Below are positions 28,001 through 40,000 of a stretch of DNA of 64,000 nucleotides, one piece after another; positions within the stretch are counted from its first letter, which is position 1, and each line of letters begins with the position of its first letter. The notes beneath the pieces are model-generated. The model made no database searches. It saw only the letters and a list, made by a program, of their open reading frames with translations, and was not told where the DNA came from. The translations under genes were made by a program, and so were the position numbers. Where the stretch lies: IMG/VR virus record IMGVR_UViG_3300013233_000109, positions 1 through 64,000 of that record. The stretch is one strand, 5' to 3'. Source of the DNA: a virus.

Positions 28001-31000
28001 GTACTAACGCTAAATTCTGAAATTCGAGTTCTGTGAGATCTTGAACTTTTATGTCATATGTAGTAGGTGATGGCAATGGCTCCTCGGTCTTTAAAAGAGG
28101 GTACACTTTGTTTTCAGCTGCTGGCGTTGTTATTAGTATCGCATTCACTTTTAAGATGTAATTTTTTAACGCTGCTAGTCTGTCTTTAAACATTGTCTGG
28201 CGTGGGCGGAAATTGACACCGTAACGCTCGCTAGCATTTAATTTAATATCCGGCACTTTGTTACCTTGCGTGTCGGCACCTACAAAACTATCTAATAGCT
28301 TTTTGTATAATCCTGCTGGTAAGAAATCTGTCTTGTGATTTTCTCTAATTAATTCGTATTCTTGGAAAATATTTGCGTCATTTTTAACATTGTCGAATTC
28401 TACGTGAAGCACTGTCTCATTATCTATGTACTTTGATTTTGTATTATATAATCCTACTGTGTTTTTATTAATTATTGCTGCATACGCGATGCCAGACGAT
28501 GATGGGCTCTTAATATACGATGCTATTGCTGATGGGCTTAACGTTTTTTCGCTATTAGTTAGAATCGTGTTGCCGTTTTTTACCCAATAATAATACGTTG
28601 TCTCTATTACAGTATCTTTAATTTCACTAAGTGATACAAAATTTGTAGTATCTAACACATCTCCGGCAAATAGGGTAGGTGGCACTTTACTCTCAGTCCA
28701 TTGATATACATCTACTGAGCTTCCTTTAAACACTGATCCCCATAGATTTGCTGCTACATTAACATCCTTTTGGAAGTAATCTACAAATCTAACAGTACTG
28801 ACATCCCACCAGATTTGACCTACATTCGCTTTGCTCCACAATATGCCCGAGGTTGCTGATCCGTATACTGCTGGATCAGTTGGCGTAATATAATCTAAGT
28901 TTTGTTGGGCAGCTCCTAATATCTTGCCGTTCAATGGGTCAATATAATCTAATCTGCTTAGTATGTCTTCTGACGAGTTGCTGTAGAGATACATAGCATT
29001 AATCATATTAATATCAGTTTGCGGTTGTTGTGATCTAATTGATTCCCAGTTACGTGCTTGGCTGCTAGCACTATATAATGTAATATGGCTGCCCGGTGTA
29101 CTTACTATGATGTCGCCGTCTACTAACGTAGCTTTATTACCGTACAGCGAATTTGACGTTACTGTTGTATTGTATACTTGTTGTCCAAATGCTAACTTGC
29201 CAGCACTAAATTCAGTAACGTCTTGTAATATATCGTAGGTGTAAATTGCTCCGGATTTTTCAAAAGCATCGACTAATCTCATTGATTTACCGTCAAATGT
29301 AGTACTTCTATTATCAATTGGCGCCAGCTTCTGTGTAGTTCCTGCGCTGCTAACTAGTAAATGATTTTTATTAATATCAATTTCTACAATTTTGCCAAAA
29401 TTAGCATTAATTTCGCTAATAGGCGGACGGATGATCTGTGCTGCGTCGTATACTGTAAAGTTCAAATCGCTAAATGCGAACCCAATACCTGGCAACACAT
29501 CTAGCTTACTAGCAAGCGATGTTAATAACTTATTCTTTAATTCGATCATTATCTGATTATTAAATAATCGAGATGTTACATTAGGTATGTTTTTAGCATT
29601 GATATTATCTACTAGATCACTTAATGTTGTTCCTACAAATACATCAATATTATTAATACGGATAGTATCTGTTGCTGTTAGTGATGTGGTAAAATTTGAT
29701 ATTATATACCCGTTCATTCTAGCAGTGTTTATATAGCGTGTTACTGTACCTTCGTTTATGTTCTGTGTACTGTCTGTTGGTGAGCCGATATATAACGAGC
29801 ACTGTGAATTACATAAACTTACACTTTCACCAAATGATGAACCTGTTGTTCCTACGATTGTAGCAATTTCAACGTAATCATTAATGTCGACTTCTAAGAA
29901 ATCGCCTACTACCGGATTAGCTAATGTTATTACATTTGCTGCTGCTATATAATCTTCTGTGACTATATTATTAATATGAATTGCTCCGTTGCTGTAATTT
30001 CGCAAGGTGGTGTACGATGGCATATTAGCTTCGACTACAAAACGTTCAACTACTCTACTATACACGCGGACGGTATCGGTGTTGTCACCTAATACAATCT
30101 GACTAGCATTATCTGATACATCGATTGCTGTTACATTTGTTAACGGGATGGTGCCTTTATTTTCGTATTTCAGTATATTATTTAAATTGTATCCTGTTAC
30201 TTCGATTCCGTTACTAACAAAGAACCACCTATTGTCTGCGCTAAGTGCTAGTATCTCACCATTAGCATAGGGGATAGTTTCTACCAATGAATAATCAATA
30301 GCTTTTTCTGATTCTACGCGAGCTATTATTTGTATTTCTGTACTAGTTAATACAATCGCAGTAGTGTCGTTAAATTTAATATCGATTGCTGCTATTGCAA
30401 ATTGTTCCTTTAATACTAACCCTGTAGCTTTTTTAGTATAAGCATACACCGTGGTGTCATCGGCTACAAAGGCTCCGGTGGTGCCAGTACCTTGTGCTAC
30501 TATTTTTCCGTAATTATTATTAATAACAGGGGGTTGTGTTGTTTTACTTTCTGCATATAAATCTTGCTTAGCATATACGTGTGATAAATTATCGTTAGTG
30601 TCTACCCATACTTTATCTGTAGAGAATAATTTGTTATCTAAATCTGAATTAGCAATATCGCTCGGAGTGCTTACTCTACTAGATGTTAATAGGAAAATAT
30701 TACCAGTATTTTCTATTTCGATTTGCTCAGCATCTAATGAGCCGGCTATTACTATCTTATAATCACTTAATATAGATGTTATGTTGTGAGCTCCATTTAT
30801 TTGCGGGTCAACGTACTTAATTATTATTTTATCATCTGTTACTAAAGTGTGTGGCGAATTAACGTCTATTGTAATCGTTCCATCTAGATTATCACTTACT
30901 CTGATTATTTCAGGGTTAATGTGTTTAGTGCGATAAACATTCCAGCTATAATCATTGTCTTTTGCTACCCATATAGTAGATCCGTCTACAATGTCATTAA

Positions 31001-34000
31001 CTTGCGATGTTATCTCAGACAAATCATTTAAACTAAAGACTGAAAATGATACTTCGTTTTCTGTCACAAATCCGGCTGTTGGTAACTGGATGTCTTCGTT
31101 GTTGCCTTTGCGCATTGGATATATGTTGTTAGTGCTATGTTTAACACTTTGATTAAATATATCACCGACTAATATTTGCTGAGAAGCAGCACTAATTCCA
31201 TTGGTTATTTGCACTGTTGACGGATTGTCGTTTAACTGGGTTTCGTCTAGCTGTACCTCGACATAGCCCCTGCTATTTGTTGCTCCGTATTCGGCACGTT
31301 TAACTGCCCAGTTTTCAAATATTTCGTAATCTGTTACTGCGTTGTTTATTGTTGTATTGCGGAATAAATCTAAACTACTTGCGGTTCCTTTTGATTTAAC
31401 AATATCTTGATAAACATTAACTTGCGATATATCGCTTAAATCTAAGCTAGTTAGGTATTCACGTGGGCGGAATCCAATTAACCCTAGTGAGAACAAATCG
31501 TTGTCTTTTTCTAAATTAGCTGTTTTGCTATTATAGAACTGCAGCATCTCATTAGACTTAGTTGCTAAATTTGGCAGGGCACCAGTGGCTACGTTAGTGT
31601 AATCTATTTTAGCCCAGCTGCTTAAATTAAATAATTCTGATGGTGATACTTTTTCTAAAGCAGCATATACACTGTTTTTATAGCGTATCATCTCACCTTT
31701 GTTATAACTACTTGTAGATGCCCATTCTGCTACATTATCATCATTTAACAGAAATCCCTGGGCATCTACTTGGCCGTTCCAATCTGTACTAGTGAATCCT
31801 ACTAATTTAACTCGTGTTTGTCTAACCCCGGTGACCGGATCGTATATCAGATCACTAAAGATACTAGTGTTATCGAGTACTAATATATGCTCAAAACTAG
31901 TTAAATTAAAGTTTAAATAACTAATGATTTTGTCATTAATAGTTGATATTTTAAAGTTATTTTCAATTCTATCAACTACATAATCGCTTGGTAATAATAA
32001 TTGTCTGTTTTGATCTTGTGGCTGCTCATTTACTGCCATATTTAATAAGCTATCTACTACAGTAAACTCGCGTTCAAATTCAAGTGCTTCGGCTGCTGGA
32101 TTTAAATTAATTATAGCACTATCGCCCCATCCTTGGTCGCTCCAGTATGTGAACTCCGACGCCATTGATGTCCAATTTACTTCGACGTTATTCTCTGTAT
32201 TCTCAAAACGTAGCCCGCGCTCACTTAGGTAAGCTCCATAACTTATTATGAAATCTACCACAGCATGTTTGTTTGTAAATACATAACCATACGGTATATA
32301 CGCAATACGATTACTAAATGTTTGTGGTATACGGATAGTAGTAGCATCGCGTGACGTATTGCCTACTACTATCTTTTTAAACTTTCCACCGCTAAGTGAC
32401 TGTCTAATTTTAAAGTATGGATCTGTGTTGCTGTTGCCGTATACCGCATATCCGTCTTGTACTTTTTGTACTGTTATAGCCGAATATACTACTTCGTCAA
32501 ATGGCTGATTTTTATGTACTAATAAATTGTAACTCTCATCTGGCAGCAATAACGAATTATTTAAACTATCTGGGCTACTTCTGTCAGTGAATACTTTTAA
32601 ATTGTCTTTGTCTGTGAACGCTGCCATTCTGTAACATAAGCTAACATCTAAATTAGCTAAAACGTTAGATAGTTCGGCTGAGCTATTATAACCGTAGAAT
32701 TTGTTATAATCGATAATCCAGTTTACATAACTATTTTTATTTGTGGTACTAGCAATCTCTAATTCTTTAACATTTAATCTGCTTCTGCCATCTAATAGAT
32801 ACTGATTGTGCTCTTCACTGAATTTATATCGATCTCTATCTGCGTTTAAACTAAAATATTGTGCTGGTTTTGTTAGCGATAATAAACGTTGAACCGCAAA
32901 TGGCCACGCACTACTTTTTCTGAATGCACTTTCTGCAGGACTTTGATCACCTACTTTCCAAGATTGCTGAAAATCAAACGCACTATGTGCTGCTACTACA
33001 TTCTCTAGCGGGGATAATAATCTACCTTCGCTATCAACTGGTATGATTTCTAATAATTGCGGGCGGATGTATTTTTCGGCAATATACGGAGCTACCGGAT
33101 CTTTAATTAATCCTAGTGCTAAATCGTCCCATAGTACTAAGTTACCGCTTGTATACGGTGCAGGGCCATATTGCTGCTGCCACCATATCGGCTCTAGCGA
33201 TAATCCTAGCATCTCCCACGGGCGTGTATGCGGGGAATCAGTGTCGTATAAATGATTGTAAATACCGCGCCAGTTTCCCTTTAATATGTTTCCGTCTAAT
33301 TTGTTTACTGATTTGCTGTAATTTTTAGTTTTGTCGTTGGTACTATCAAATGCTTGCGTTACATAATCTATTTTATTCCAGCCTAACCAGGATACTAGCG
33401 ATGGCGTTAATATTTCTGTTATTTCCGAGTCTGTATAATCAGTGGTGCGGAATTGTCCTGGGTTTATATCGTTGAACGATAGTGGTGTATCGCTGTTAAC
33501 TTTGATATTATTAAAAATACGTTTCTCAAATTCTAATAATACATCATCGCGTATGTCATCGAATGCCACTGTGATACTACCGTCGTGTCCTCTAATGACA
33601 TTAACTGGTGTTACATAAGTGTCATCTAGATATTTCACTGGTTTATATTTTTGGTACATTCCCATTTTAGTAGGCGTACTTGGAATGCCTGATGCTACAG
33701 TGCTATTATACTCCATGAATAATATAACGTCGTCAACTACTAAATCTACTAAAAATGTTACGTTGGGGCTGTCTGCACTTACTGTGTAGTCAATATCTTT
33801 GAGCAATATAGTGTCATTTAGATAAACTAATAATGCTTTATTATTTGCTTGTGTAAAATCAAATATATTTACTGTGTTGAATGTTTCCGAACTGATTGCA
33901 GTCACTAAGTGCTGTGTGGCTTCAAAATCTGTGCCGCTTGGAATCATGTCGCTATTATAAAACGCGCTTGTTGTGCTTTTTCCTACGTTGATTTCAGTTA

Positions 34001-37000
34001 ATGCTTGCTCTAGTATTTCTGCCGATGATAATTCAAAGACATCGTGCTTGGCTACCCAGTCCACTAATTGATTTTTAAACTTTTCATAGGCGCGTGAACT
34101 GAATTTTATAGAATCGTAAAAATTATATTCATTTTTGCGTATAAATGTTGATGCTAATGCTACTGGTGCCGATTGCTGAATTATATTTAATCCATATGAC
34201 GGAACTTGACCTAGGTCTCGCAAATTATTGGCACCGTTGATATTACCACTAAAATCTAATATGTTTTGTGCTAACGTAATATAGTGATTCCGTATTGTTC
34301 CTAGTGTTAATTCACTTGTATTTCCGTTAAAAACGTTCTGCGACAGATTCTGCGGCACTTGGTAATAACCGTTGCTGCTAGCGGTGTTGCTTATTATTAA
34401 TACTTCGACAGGTGTGCCGATTGCAATATTATTGTTTAACGTTATTAATGTTGAATCTGTTATAGATAATGTGTAGTTATCTGTTGTAACAAATTGATTA
34501 TCGGCAATCACTTTAATTGCAGGGGTCTTTAAATCAATGGTCGGAGTAATGTCCACTACTAGTGGCTTTCCTTCGTAAATATAATTAAATATTTGCGGGA
34601 TATGTGCTATTTCAGCACTTCTGACCCACCCGGTATGCGATGTGTAGTCAGTTATTGTTTGGTATGTTCTAGCAAAGTGCTTGCTTAAATTATCGCTAGT
34701 GCTTGCAGTAACACTAACATAATCAAAACTATCAGTATATAAATCATTTTTAAATGTGATATCGCCTAGGTTACCGATATTTAAATACTTTAGTGGAAAC
34801 CCAAGTACTGTATCATTTTGGCCGGCACCTATAGCATAACTAAATAATTTTGTGCCGATAAATGTCGATGCTGTGTACCGATCTCTATTAGCTAAGCTAA
34901 TACCGTCAGTGTCGAATAAATCGAATAATGGTGGCTGATTTACTTTCGTTTTTTCCTGTGATGGTAACCACGTGCTGTTAGCAAATACATATGATTTGCC
35001 TATTAACGTAGTACCGGAGGTTGTTAATATGTTATGTCCTTCGCTAGTGGCGCTGTCATCTGCTAGCGTTAATACTATTGTTTCATTTCCGTCAGCATTT
35101 AAATCCTCATATGACACTACGAATATTTTGTCTCGGACTGTGGAATCTGTGTCTGCTGCAAAAATAATGCGTGTATTATTTGCTAATTTATAGCCATCTA
35201 CAAAATACCCGGGATTTGTTGCTAATCCATTTATATTGCTTAGCGCATCTGTTTCTGTAAAATCTATTACGTCGACTGGTGTTTTGCCTTGTGTGCCGTG
35301 ATTAAATAGTTTTAAGTTGGCTTCAAATTCTAAGATAGGACGGTTGGCTCTAAAATTATTGTCTGTTACTACTACAGTATTATTATATTCTGCTGTTTTT
35401 GTTATAACATCAATGTGCGTCCAACGATTAGAACGTGACCACGCATTTCTGTCATTGCTAGCTTTGTTTATTGTTATATAATCAGATGTTAATGGCGCAT
35501 CTAAACTGCCGTTATATCCTATTGTATCAAACGGTGATGCTTCGTAAGTATCTAGTATACTATCCGTAAATGGTTCTGGTGTGATGAATTCCGACACTGG
35601 TAATAATTTTATTGCGGTTCCTACACCTTCGATGTAATATTCTACGTCTTGATATTCTTGTGGACTGGTTTGTCCTCTGAATTGTACTTTTAATCCGTTA
35701 GTAAATACAACGCCGTTTGCTGATGTGTATACTTTTTTACCTAGTATCTCGTCAATGAATAATACTGCAGACTCATCTTGATCTACTATATTAATCTTTC
35801 CAAACATTCCTGGATTTGATGAATCTTGATAATATAATGTATCTAGTGTTGCTGTTAATACAGGCACACGTTCGAAGAAGCCTTGGCTGTTTTTAAAGAA
35901 ATCAACATTGCTGTATGTGTCGCCGTGTGTTATTGTTACTTTTTCTAATGTGTTAACTGTTTTAAACGGTAGTAAATCTACGTATGGATTTTCGCCGTTG
36001 ATATCGTATACTAAATTAATCTTAAATATTTGATATCTATCATTCAGATTGTTTATTTCGCTAAATGTTTCAAATGTATTTGAATCGTAACTATCATTAT
36101 TAAAGCGTGTTTGATTTACCCAGCCGGTGTTTGTTCCTAATCCGGTGGTATTATCTAAAAATATTATTGTTTTTCCTTGTAAATCACCTATGTTATTGAT
36201 ACCGTTAGTCAATGATGATACTAAAACATTATTAATGTCGTTATATTTTAAATCTGATGCTAGATCAACTGTTCCTATGTATGTTAATGTTCTGTAAAAT
36301 TCTTGCGAGGTAACGTCTGGTACGTGAAATTCTAATATGCCAGCTGGTGTTCCGTTATTAATAACACCGTCTATGTCACGTGACGTGATGTTACTAGCGT
36401 ATGATGTGCTGCCAGATGTGCCTGGCTCGGTTTGAATATATAGATTTCCCGTTGATGTAAATGTATAATTTCCACTGCGAACTAATGTTATTGTTGGGTT
36501 TTCGCCTGCTATGTCTGCAATGTTATACGTGTTTGATAATGTGTTTTGATTAAAATTAAATTCATCACTTAAAAATATGTCTGTGGCTCCGACATCAACA
36601 CTATCCGGTCCTTGCGGCAGCCAGTAATACTGTGAGTAATTTACAAACTTGTCAAAATCAACAAATGGTGACCAACTGTATGTTTCGCTGCTAAATAGTC
36701 TGTCGTGATTTTGTACATCGGCACCTTTTGTTTCTAATCCGTCAATTAACCCTGGGTATGTTAATACATCCTGTGTGTTATTGTTGCTGTCGTTAAATAT
36801 AATTCCAGGTTCAAGTTGATAATTGGCTCTTGTAACGTCATTTTCTACTATATAAGTATCGGTGCTTGATACACTAGGTCCTGTGCGCTTACCTACAAAT
36901 CCTTGTGTGCGTTTAATCTTTGGTTCTTGTATTAATTGATCGAACGTTGATCCGAGAAACTTTTTATTAGTACTAGTTTGAAAGATCTCTGGAAGAAAAT

Positions 37001-37025
37001 CTACACTGCGTATTCTATCAGCCAT
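25086..37025 (-). CDS. Giant 3979-aa virion protein (putative baseplate wedge, gp7-like position)
   Basis: Uninterrupted 11.9-kb ORF directly after the gp6-like gene; FLPEIFQT..NKKFL..TFDQL, YQLEP, DFDKFVNYSQYYW, YINEVKPYHTKI. Confidence 0.75.
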   Translation of the reverse strand: MADRIRSVDFLPEIFQTSTNKKFLGSTFDQLIQEPKIKRTQGFVGKRTGPSVSSTDTYIVENDVTRANYQLEPGIIFNDSNNNTQDVLTYPGLIDGLETKGADVQNHDRLFSSETYSWSPFVDFDKFVNYSQYYWLPQGPDSVDVGATDIFLSDEFNFNQNTLSNTYNIADIAGENPTITLVRSGNYTFTSTGNLYIQTEPGTSGSTSYASNITSRDIDGVINNGTPAGILEFHVPDVTSQEFYRTLTYIGTVDLASDLKYNDINNVLVSSLTNGINNIGDLQGKTIIFLDNTTGLGTNTGWVNQTRFNNDSYDSNTFETFSEINNLNDRYQIFKINLVYDINGENPYVDLLPFKTVNTLEKVTITHGDTYSNVDFFKNSQGFFERVPVLTATLDTLYYQDSSNPGMFGKINIVDQDESAVLFIDEILGKKVYTSANGVVFTNGLKVQFRGQTSPQEYQDVEYYIEGVGTAIKLLPVSEFITPEPFTDSILDTYEASPFDTIGYNGSLDAPLTSDYITINKASNDRNAWSRSNRWTHIDVITKTAEYNNTVVVTDNNFRANRPILEFEANLKLFNHGTQGKTPVDVIDFTETDALSNINGLATNPGYFVDGYKLANNTRIIFAADTDSTVRDKIFVVSYEDLNADGNETIVLTLADDSATSEGHNILTTSGTTLIGKSYVFANSTWLPSQEKTKVNQPPLFDLFDTDGISLANRDRYTASTFIGTKLFSYAIGAGQNDTVLGFPLKYLNIGNLGDITFKNDLYTDSFDYVSVTASTSDNLSKHFARTYQTITDYTSHTGWVRSAEIAHIPQIFNYIYEGKPLVVDITPTIDLKTPAIKVIADNQFVTTDNYTLSITDSTLITLNNNIAIGTPVEVLIISNTASSNGYYQVPQNLSQNVFNGNTSELTLGTIRNHYITLAQNILDFSGNINGANNLRDLGQVPSYGLNIIQQSAPVALASTFIRKNEYNFYDSIKFSSRAYEKFKNQLVDWVAKHDVFELSSAEILEQALTEINVGKSTTSAFYNSDMIPSGTDFEATQHLVTAISSETFNTVNIFDFTQANNKALLVYLNDTILLKDIDYTVSADSPNVTFLVDLVVDDVILFMEYNSTVASGIPSTPTKMGMYQKYKPVKYLDDTYVTPVNVIRGHDGSITVAFDDIRDDVLLEFEKRIFNNIKVNSDTPLSFNDINPGQFRTTDYTDSEITEILTPSLVSWLGWNKIDYVTQAFDSTNDKTKNYSKSVNKLDGNILKGNWRGIYNHLYDTDSPHTRPWEMLGLSLEPIWWQQQYGPAPYTSGNLVLWDDLALGLIKDPVAPYIAEKYIRPQLLEIIPVDSEGRLLSPLENVVAAHSAFDFQQSWKVGDQSPAESAFRKSSAWPFAVQRLLSLTKPAQYFSLNADRDRYKFSEEHNQYLLDGRSRLNVKELEIASTTNKNSYVNWIIDYNKFYGYNSSAELSNVLANLDVSLCYRMAAFTDKDNLKVFTDRSSPDSLNNSLLLPDESYNLLVHKNQPFDEVVYSAITVQKVQDGYAVYGNSNTDPYFKIRQSLSGGKFKKIVVGNTSRDATTIRIPQTFSNRIAYIPYGYVFTNKHAVVDFIISYGAYLSERGLRFENTENNVEVNWTSMASEFTYWSDQGWGDSAIINLNPAAEALEFEREFTVVDSLLNMAVNEQPQDQNRQLLLPSDYVVDRIENNFKISTINDKIISYLNFNLTSFEHILVLDNTSIFSDLIYDPVTGVRQTRVKLVGFTSTDWNGQVDAQGFLLNDDNVAEWASTSSYNKGEMIRYKNSVYAALEKVSPSELFNLSSWAKIDYTNVATGALPNLATKSNEMLQFYNSKTANLEKDNDLFSLGLIGFRPREYLTSLDLSDISQVNVYQDIVKSKGTASSLDLFRNTTINNAVTDYEIFENWAVKRAEYGATNSRGYVEVQLDETQLNDNPSTVQITNGISAASQQILVGDIFNQSVKHSTNNIYPMRKGNNEDIQLPTAGFVTENEVSFSVFSLNDLSEITSQVNDIVDGSTIWVAKDNDYSWNVYRTKHINPEIIRVSDNLDGTITIDVNSPHTLVTDDKIIIKYVDPQINGAHNITSILSDYKIVIAGSLDAEQIEIENTGNIFLLTSSRVSTPSDIANSDLDNKLFSTDKVWVDTNDNLSHVYAKQDLYAESKTTQPPVINNNYGKIVAQGTGTTGAFVADDTTVYAYTKKATGLVLKEQFAIAAIDIKFNDTTAIVLTSTEIQIIARVESEKAIDYSLVETIPYANGEILALSADNRWFFVSNGIEVTGYNLNNILKYENKGTIPLTNVTAIDVSDNASQIVLGDNTDTVRVYSRVVERFVVEANMPSYTTLRNYSNGAIHINNIVTEDYIAAANVITLANPVVGDFLEVDINDYVEIATIVGTTGSSFGESVSLCNSQCSLYIGSPTDSTQNINEGTVTRYINTARMNGYIISNFTTSLTATDTIRINNIDVFVGTTLSDLVDNINAKNIPNVTSRLFNNQIMIELKNKLLTSLASKLDVLPGIGFAFSDLNFTVYDAAQIIRPPISEINANFGKIVEIDINKNHLLVSSAGTTQKLAPIDNRSTTFDGKSMRLVDAFEKSGAIYTYDILQDVTEFSAGKLAFGQQVYNTTVTSNSLYGNKATLVDGDIIVSTPGSHITLYSASSQARNWESIRSQQPQTDINMINAMYLYSNSSEDILSRLDYIDPLNGKILGAAQQNLDYITPTDPAVYGSATSGILWSKANVGQIWWDVSTVRFVDYFQKDVNVAANLWGSVFKGSSVDVYQWTESKVPPTLFAGDVLDTTNFVSLSEIKDTVIETTYYYWVKNGNTILTNSEKTLSPSAIASYIKSPSSSGIAYAAIINKNTVGLYNTKSKYIDNETVLHVEFDNVKNDANIFQEYELIRENHKTDFLPAGLYKKLLDSFVGADTQGNKVPDIKLNASERYGVNFRPRQTMFKDRLAALKNYILKVNAILITTPAAENKVYPLLKTEEPLPSPTTYDIKVQDLTELEFQNLALVPAGFKYLVVSNESVGGFWTIHEVTPAKILKLTRVQSFDTTRFWKTVDWYKTASSKSEKIQLTVQTINELDSVDFNVVTFVKVLDNSASKWELYQYSNNSWTRVAVQDGTLEFSAALYDYSLLRYGYDFEVYEVQKFDEEPLSELRNILKSINEEILTNDLKIERNILLISVFNYILSEQENVHWLNKTSLIDVNHKVRELLPYAVFNKDNQDYVIDYINEVKPYHTKIKDFKLSYTATDLNDNVITDFDCPSIYSAPYSKFISPVLDDGALLLTEDSNTLASDSIWSAYPHNQWFNNRQIIIDSIELINPGINYTEIPTITITGDANILPVAKARIDSDGLVTSIYIETQGSGFTTTPTVLIEGGNGLDATARIVTKNDLVRSFTTTIKYDRYEYNTNVYTWPLNEADYIKIEENASADRLARINSSSQISTGYDTAPFDTIAFDNISDEILVKYNSSVYTVNSGLLNINDEKFIPSQHTLVDIEELSGMDRTQGFYEPGANDKGLNIPMLINGLEYPGVQINGVDFNTIDGYDLTPYDFGKYDNVTLDNLGFPTFNENILDAEYASKFPGQNILDNTVYTNNEYSIVGYSDSLDEYNGTRPSDVDVVGGGFVDTYSSHAPEELVPGQMFDTLLLTVRTRFGTIDQGNFIEAPDARTVDFRYFQDMRGNYAHYTLHPTVEATLSSPLYASDEVIHVDDTSNLFTPVPSQGLFGIITINGERITYLNKTPTTLYGLRRGTAGTGTMITTPEQFTVNDTSITADNVLLTADAEAVPGASDTGHLAGSLIYNANRETQVPVKTTVLTALEFTVNDFIQEPAPRGKVRYSLVLPGFNGRTGKLSIKLNDAKFNRFQTKAVGTKPLDVKDPAASGFNRANLLPDIELSFIGDPGVFTPTDIMYIDIISYANSWYEINNLGFDPFNDNIVIINNIVINLAPPEEVGFGAEPYDFNVKIPRLEDQFSEQALFIKNEGI

Positions 37026-40000
37026 TTAATTATTACCTGTTTGTATGTTACTAGCAGTTAACGCATCAATTATGATAATGTCGTCTACTGTTGCGGCGCT
37101 TGTGAATATCTCATTTGGCTGTGATTTTATTTCATATAAATCACCAAATGAGTTTAATGGATCTTTTGATGTAATAACAATTGACGCTACTACATCACCT
37201 AATTTAGTATGCAAATACGATGATAATTCACTAAAATAGAATGTGTCACCGAAGTCCCAAATACTTATGTCAAAATAATCATTAACTGCTAAAATTATTC
37301 TGCTTTTAATCTCGCTGTCGCTTGTATTTGAATTTGCTACTTTAACTACTTTTATATATGCTTGTAATGCCGTAGCTGACTTGCTGCCGATGATTGGCTT
37401 AAATTTAACACTGTTTAATATAACGTTATCGCTTATCATTCTATGTTCTTGTAACTTCCGATATGCTACTTGTAATGAATCAGATGATGGTACCTCCGGT
37501 TCTGACACGGTGTTAGTACTGTCTTGAATATATCTCGTAAATTCATCATAATATGCTGATGTTACTACATAGATGTCGATTATGTTAGATACACCTGGAT
37601 TAATTCTGCGTGTGTTTGGACTGTTGTGCTTATACTGAAATTGCACATTGCCTCTGCCGACTTTAGCAGATAAGTTTGTACGCTGCGTTAATTTAACTGT
37701 TTCGACATTGCTGAATAATTCGTAAAATGTTCCTTCACTGGTGGCGTAAAATACTTGGCCGGTTGCGTACTCGGTTTTTACTCTTGCTATGGCATCTAAT
37801 GTTGCGTATTCTGTGTTTATTGTGCCGGGCTCTAGCGGCAATGTACGCTCTAGATTATCAAAATCGATGGTGTCCTCAAAAAATACATTTTTAGTCTCAG
37901 GCGTTATTAGTGGTGACACAAAAGTATTAAAAAAGTCTGGGTCGTCTGCGATGCCATCACTATCGATATCTGCGAAACTTACTTCTAAATCGAAATCATT
38001 AACGAAACCATCCGATTCAACTGATTGTGCTATGATATCTAGCGTAATATTGGTTGGCAAAGAACTGCTATTAAGCAGCGTTGGATCAGGTAAACCATTT
38101 GTTTTTAGAATCTTTATATAATCATTTACTGTCTTTCCTTTCTTTATATCGAATATTTTTGTTGTTTCGTCATGGAAGAATCTTGTTTCTGATACGCTAG
38201 CAAAGTGGTAATTTAGTGTACGCGCTGTTACTGTATACGTGTTTTCGCTAGCTATAAATTTTATTACCCAGCTACTTTCGCTACTAATCGCATTATCGAA
38301 TGTAGCAATAGATGATTCTGCTACGTTATTTAAATCAATTTCGTACCATGATGCTGTTTCGTTATTGTAGCCTAAGCCGAAATCTTCGTAAGCTTCAATT
38401 TTTAAAACTATTGAGCTTTCTATATCTGCTGCTATGTTGGAGTTAAATGGTAGTATAGATTCGACTGCTACTGCGCCGGTTGGCACAAAGTTGTTTAGTA
38501 CCACCGGCCCGATGCCATCTGCTAAGTTACCGGCACCAAAGTTTGTGCCGTCAAATATTTGTGATTTTATACCGGCCCATATCTCTAATTTATCGCTCGG
38601 TGATGTCACTGGTCCTTCTTGTACTTTGTTATTCTCATCAAAATGACTCGGGACTCCAAATAATACAGGTGGTGTAAACTTTACTAACGCACCCGGTACT
38701 ATATATTTGTTACTAGTGCTAGTATATGTACCTAGTGGCGTAGGGCTGCTATTTACATCACTAAAGAAACCAGTTGTTTCATTTGTTATTGTAGTACTTT
38801 GATTCCAACTTGTATCGGCTGCTACTGCAAATCTATTAAAATTAGCATAATAGAAATGTAATATACTACGCCCAGATATTAGCGGCTCGACTTGGTTGTT
38901 AATTACAGACTGAATATCGTTGCGGTCGTTAAACGTAAAATTAAATGATTTTTCGCTAGTGTCTTGGTATAATAGTCCGTCATCGCCAAATGTATTAATG
39001 CTGCTAAACTTTCCTGTTGGATCTACTAAATCTAAATAGCGACTTGCTCCGATGTTACTTCTGTTTACTGCTTTACTTTTTATTATGCTGTTAAATGTAG
39101 CAAATGGGAAGTTATTATAATCTTCGCCATTTACCATTCTATTTTGTGTGTAATAGCGGGCTGGTGCTCTGCGTTTAATATCACCGAGTGTTTCTCTATT
39201 TTTAGCATTAGAGACTGACACTGTTAAAGACACTGTGAATGTTGCTGTTTCTGTTCTTCCTGTTTTACTAATATAATTTAGTGCCACTTCGACATTCTGT
39301 ATCTCGCTTGTATCGATTACATATTCTAATCCGTTGCTGCTTCTTACTTGCGCTCTATAATTGCCAATTGGCTGTTCTGAAAATACTCCATCTCCAAAAT
39401 TTAAAGTAATTTGATCATTTGTTCTACTAGTTAAGCTATATAATTTGCGTTCCGTGGCATCTGTTTGATCGTTATTAGAAGCATATATATTTTCAACTTG
39501 ATTCCATTGTTCTATAATACCATTAGTATCTTTAAATAACCACACATCATTTTCGTTGATCCCTGATATATCAATATCAACTGATCTATTAGATATTCTA
39601 TCACTTAGTGAGAAATCCTGTGTTGCTAATGTTCCTTGCTTAAAGAAGAAAAAATATCCTGTATTTGGACTAGCAAAACCTAAATTGTCATCTCTGAATA
39701 GTAAATTTAATGCTCCATTGGTTACTGGAGTTGGCTCGTATATATAATTAGTATTTTGTGAGGTACCATTGACTATTTCAAAATCCATTGCTACGCCATC
39801 TACAGTGGAATTAAATGGTATTACTGGTAAGAATCCATCGGCCATGTTAATTTCATATTCGTCGGTTTTGACCCCAACTACTTCTTGTGAATTGCCTGGC
39901 TTACCTATACGCTGACTGTTTACTAATACCGCATTTAATATTGTTGCGAACTGTTCTTGCCAATCATCATTTGTTACATCATCCCATTTTATTGTTGTAT

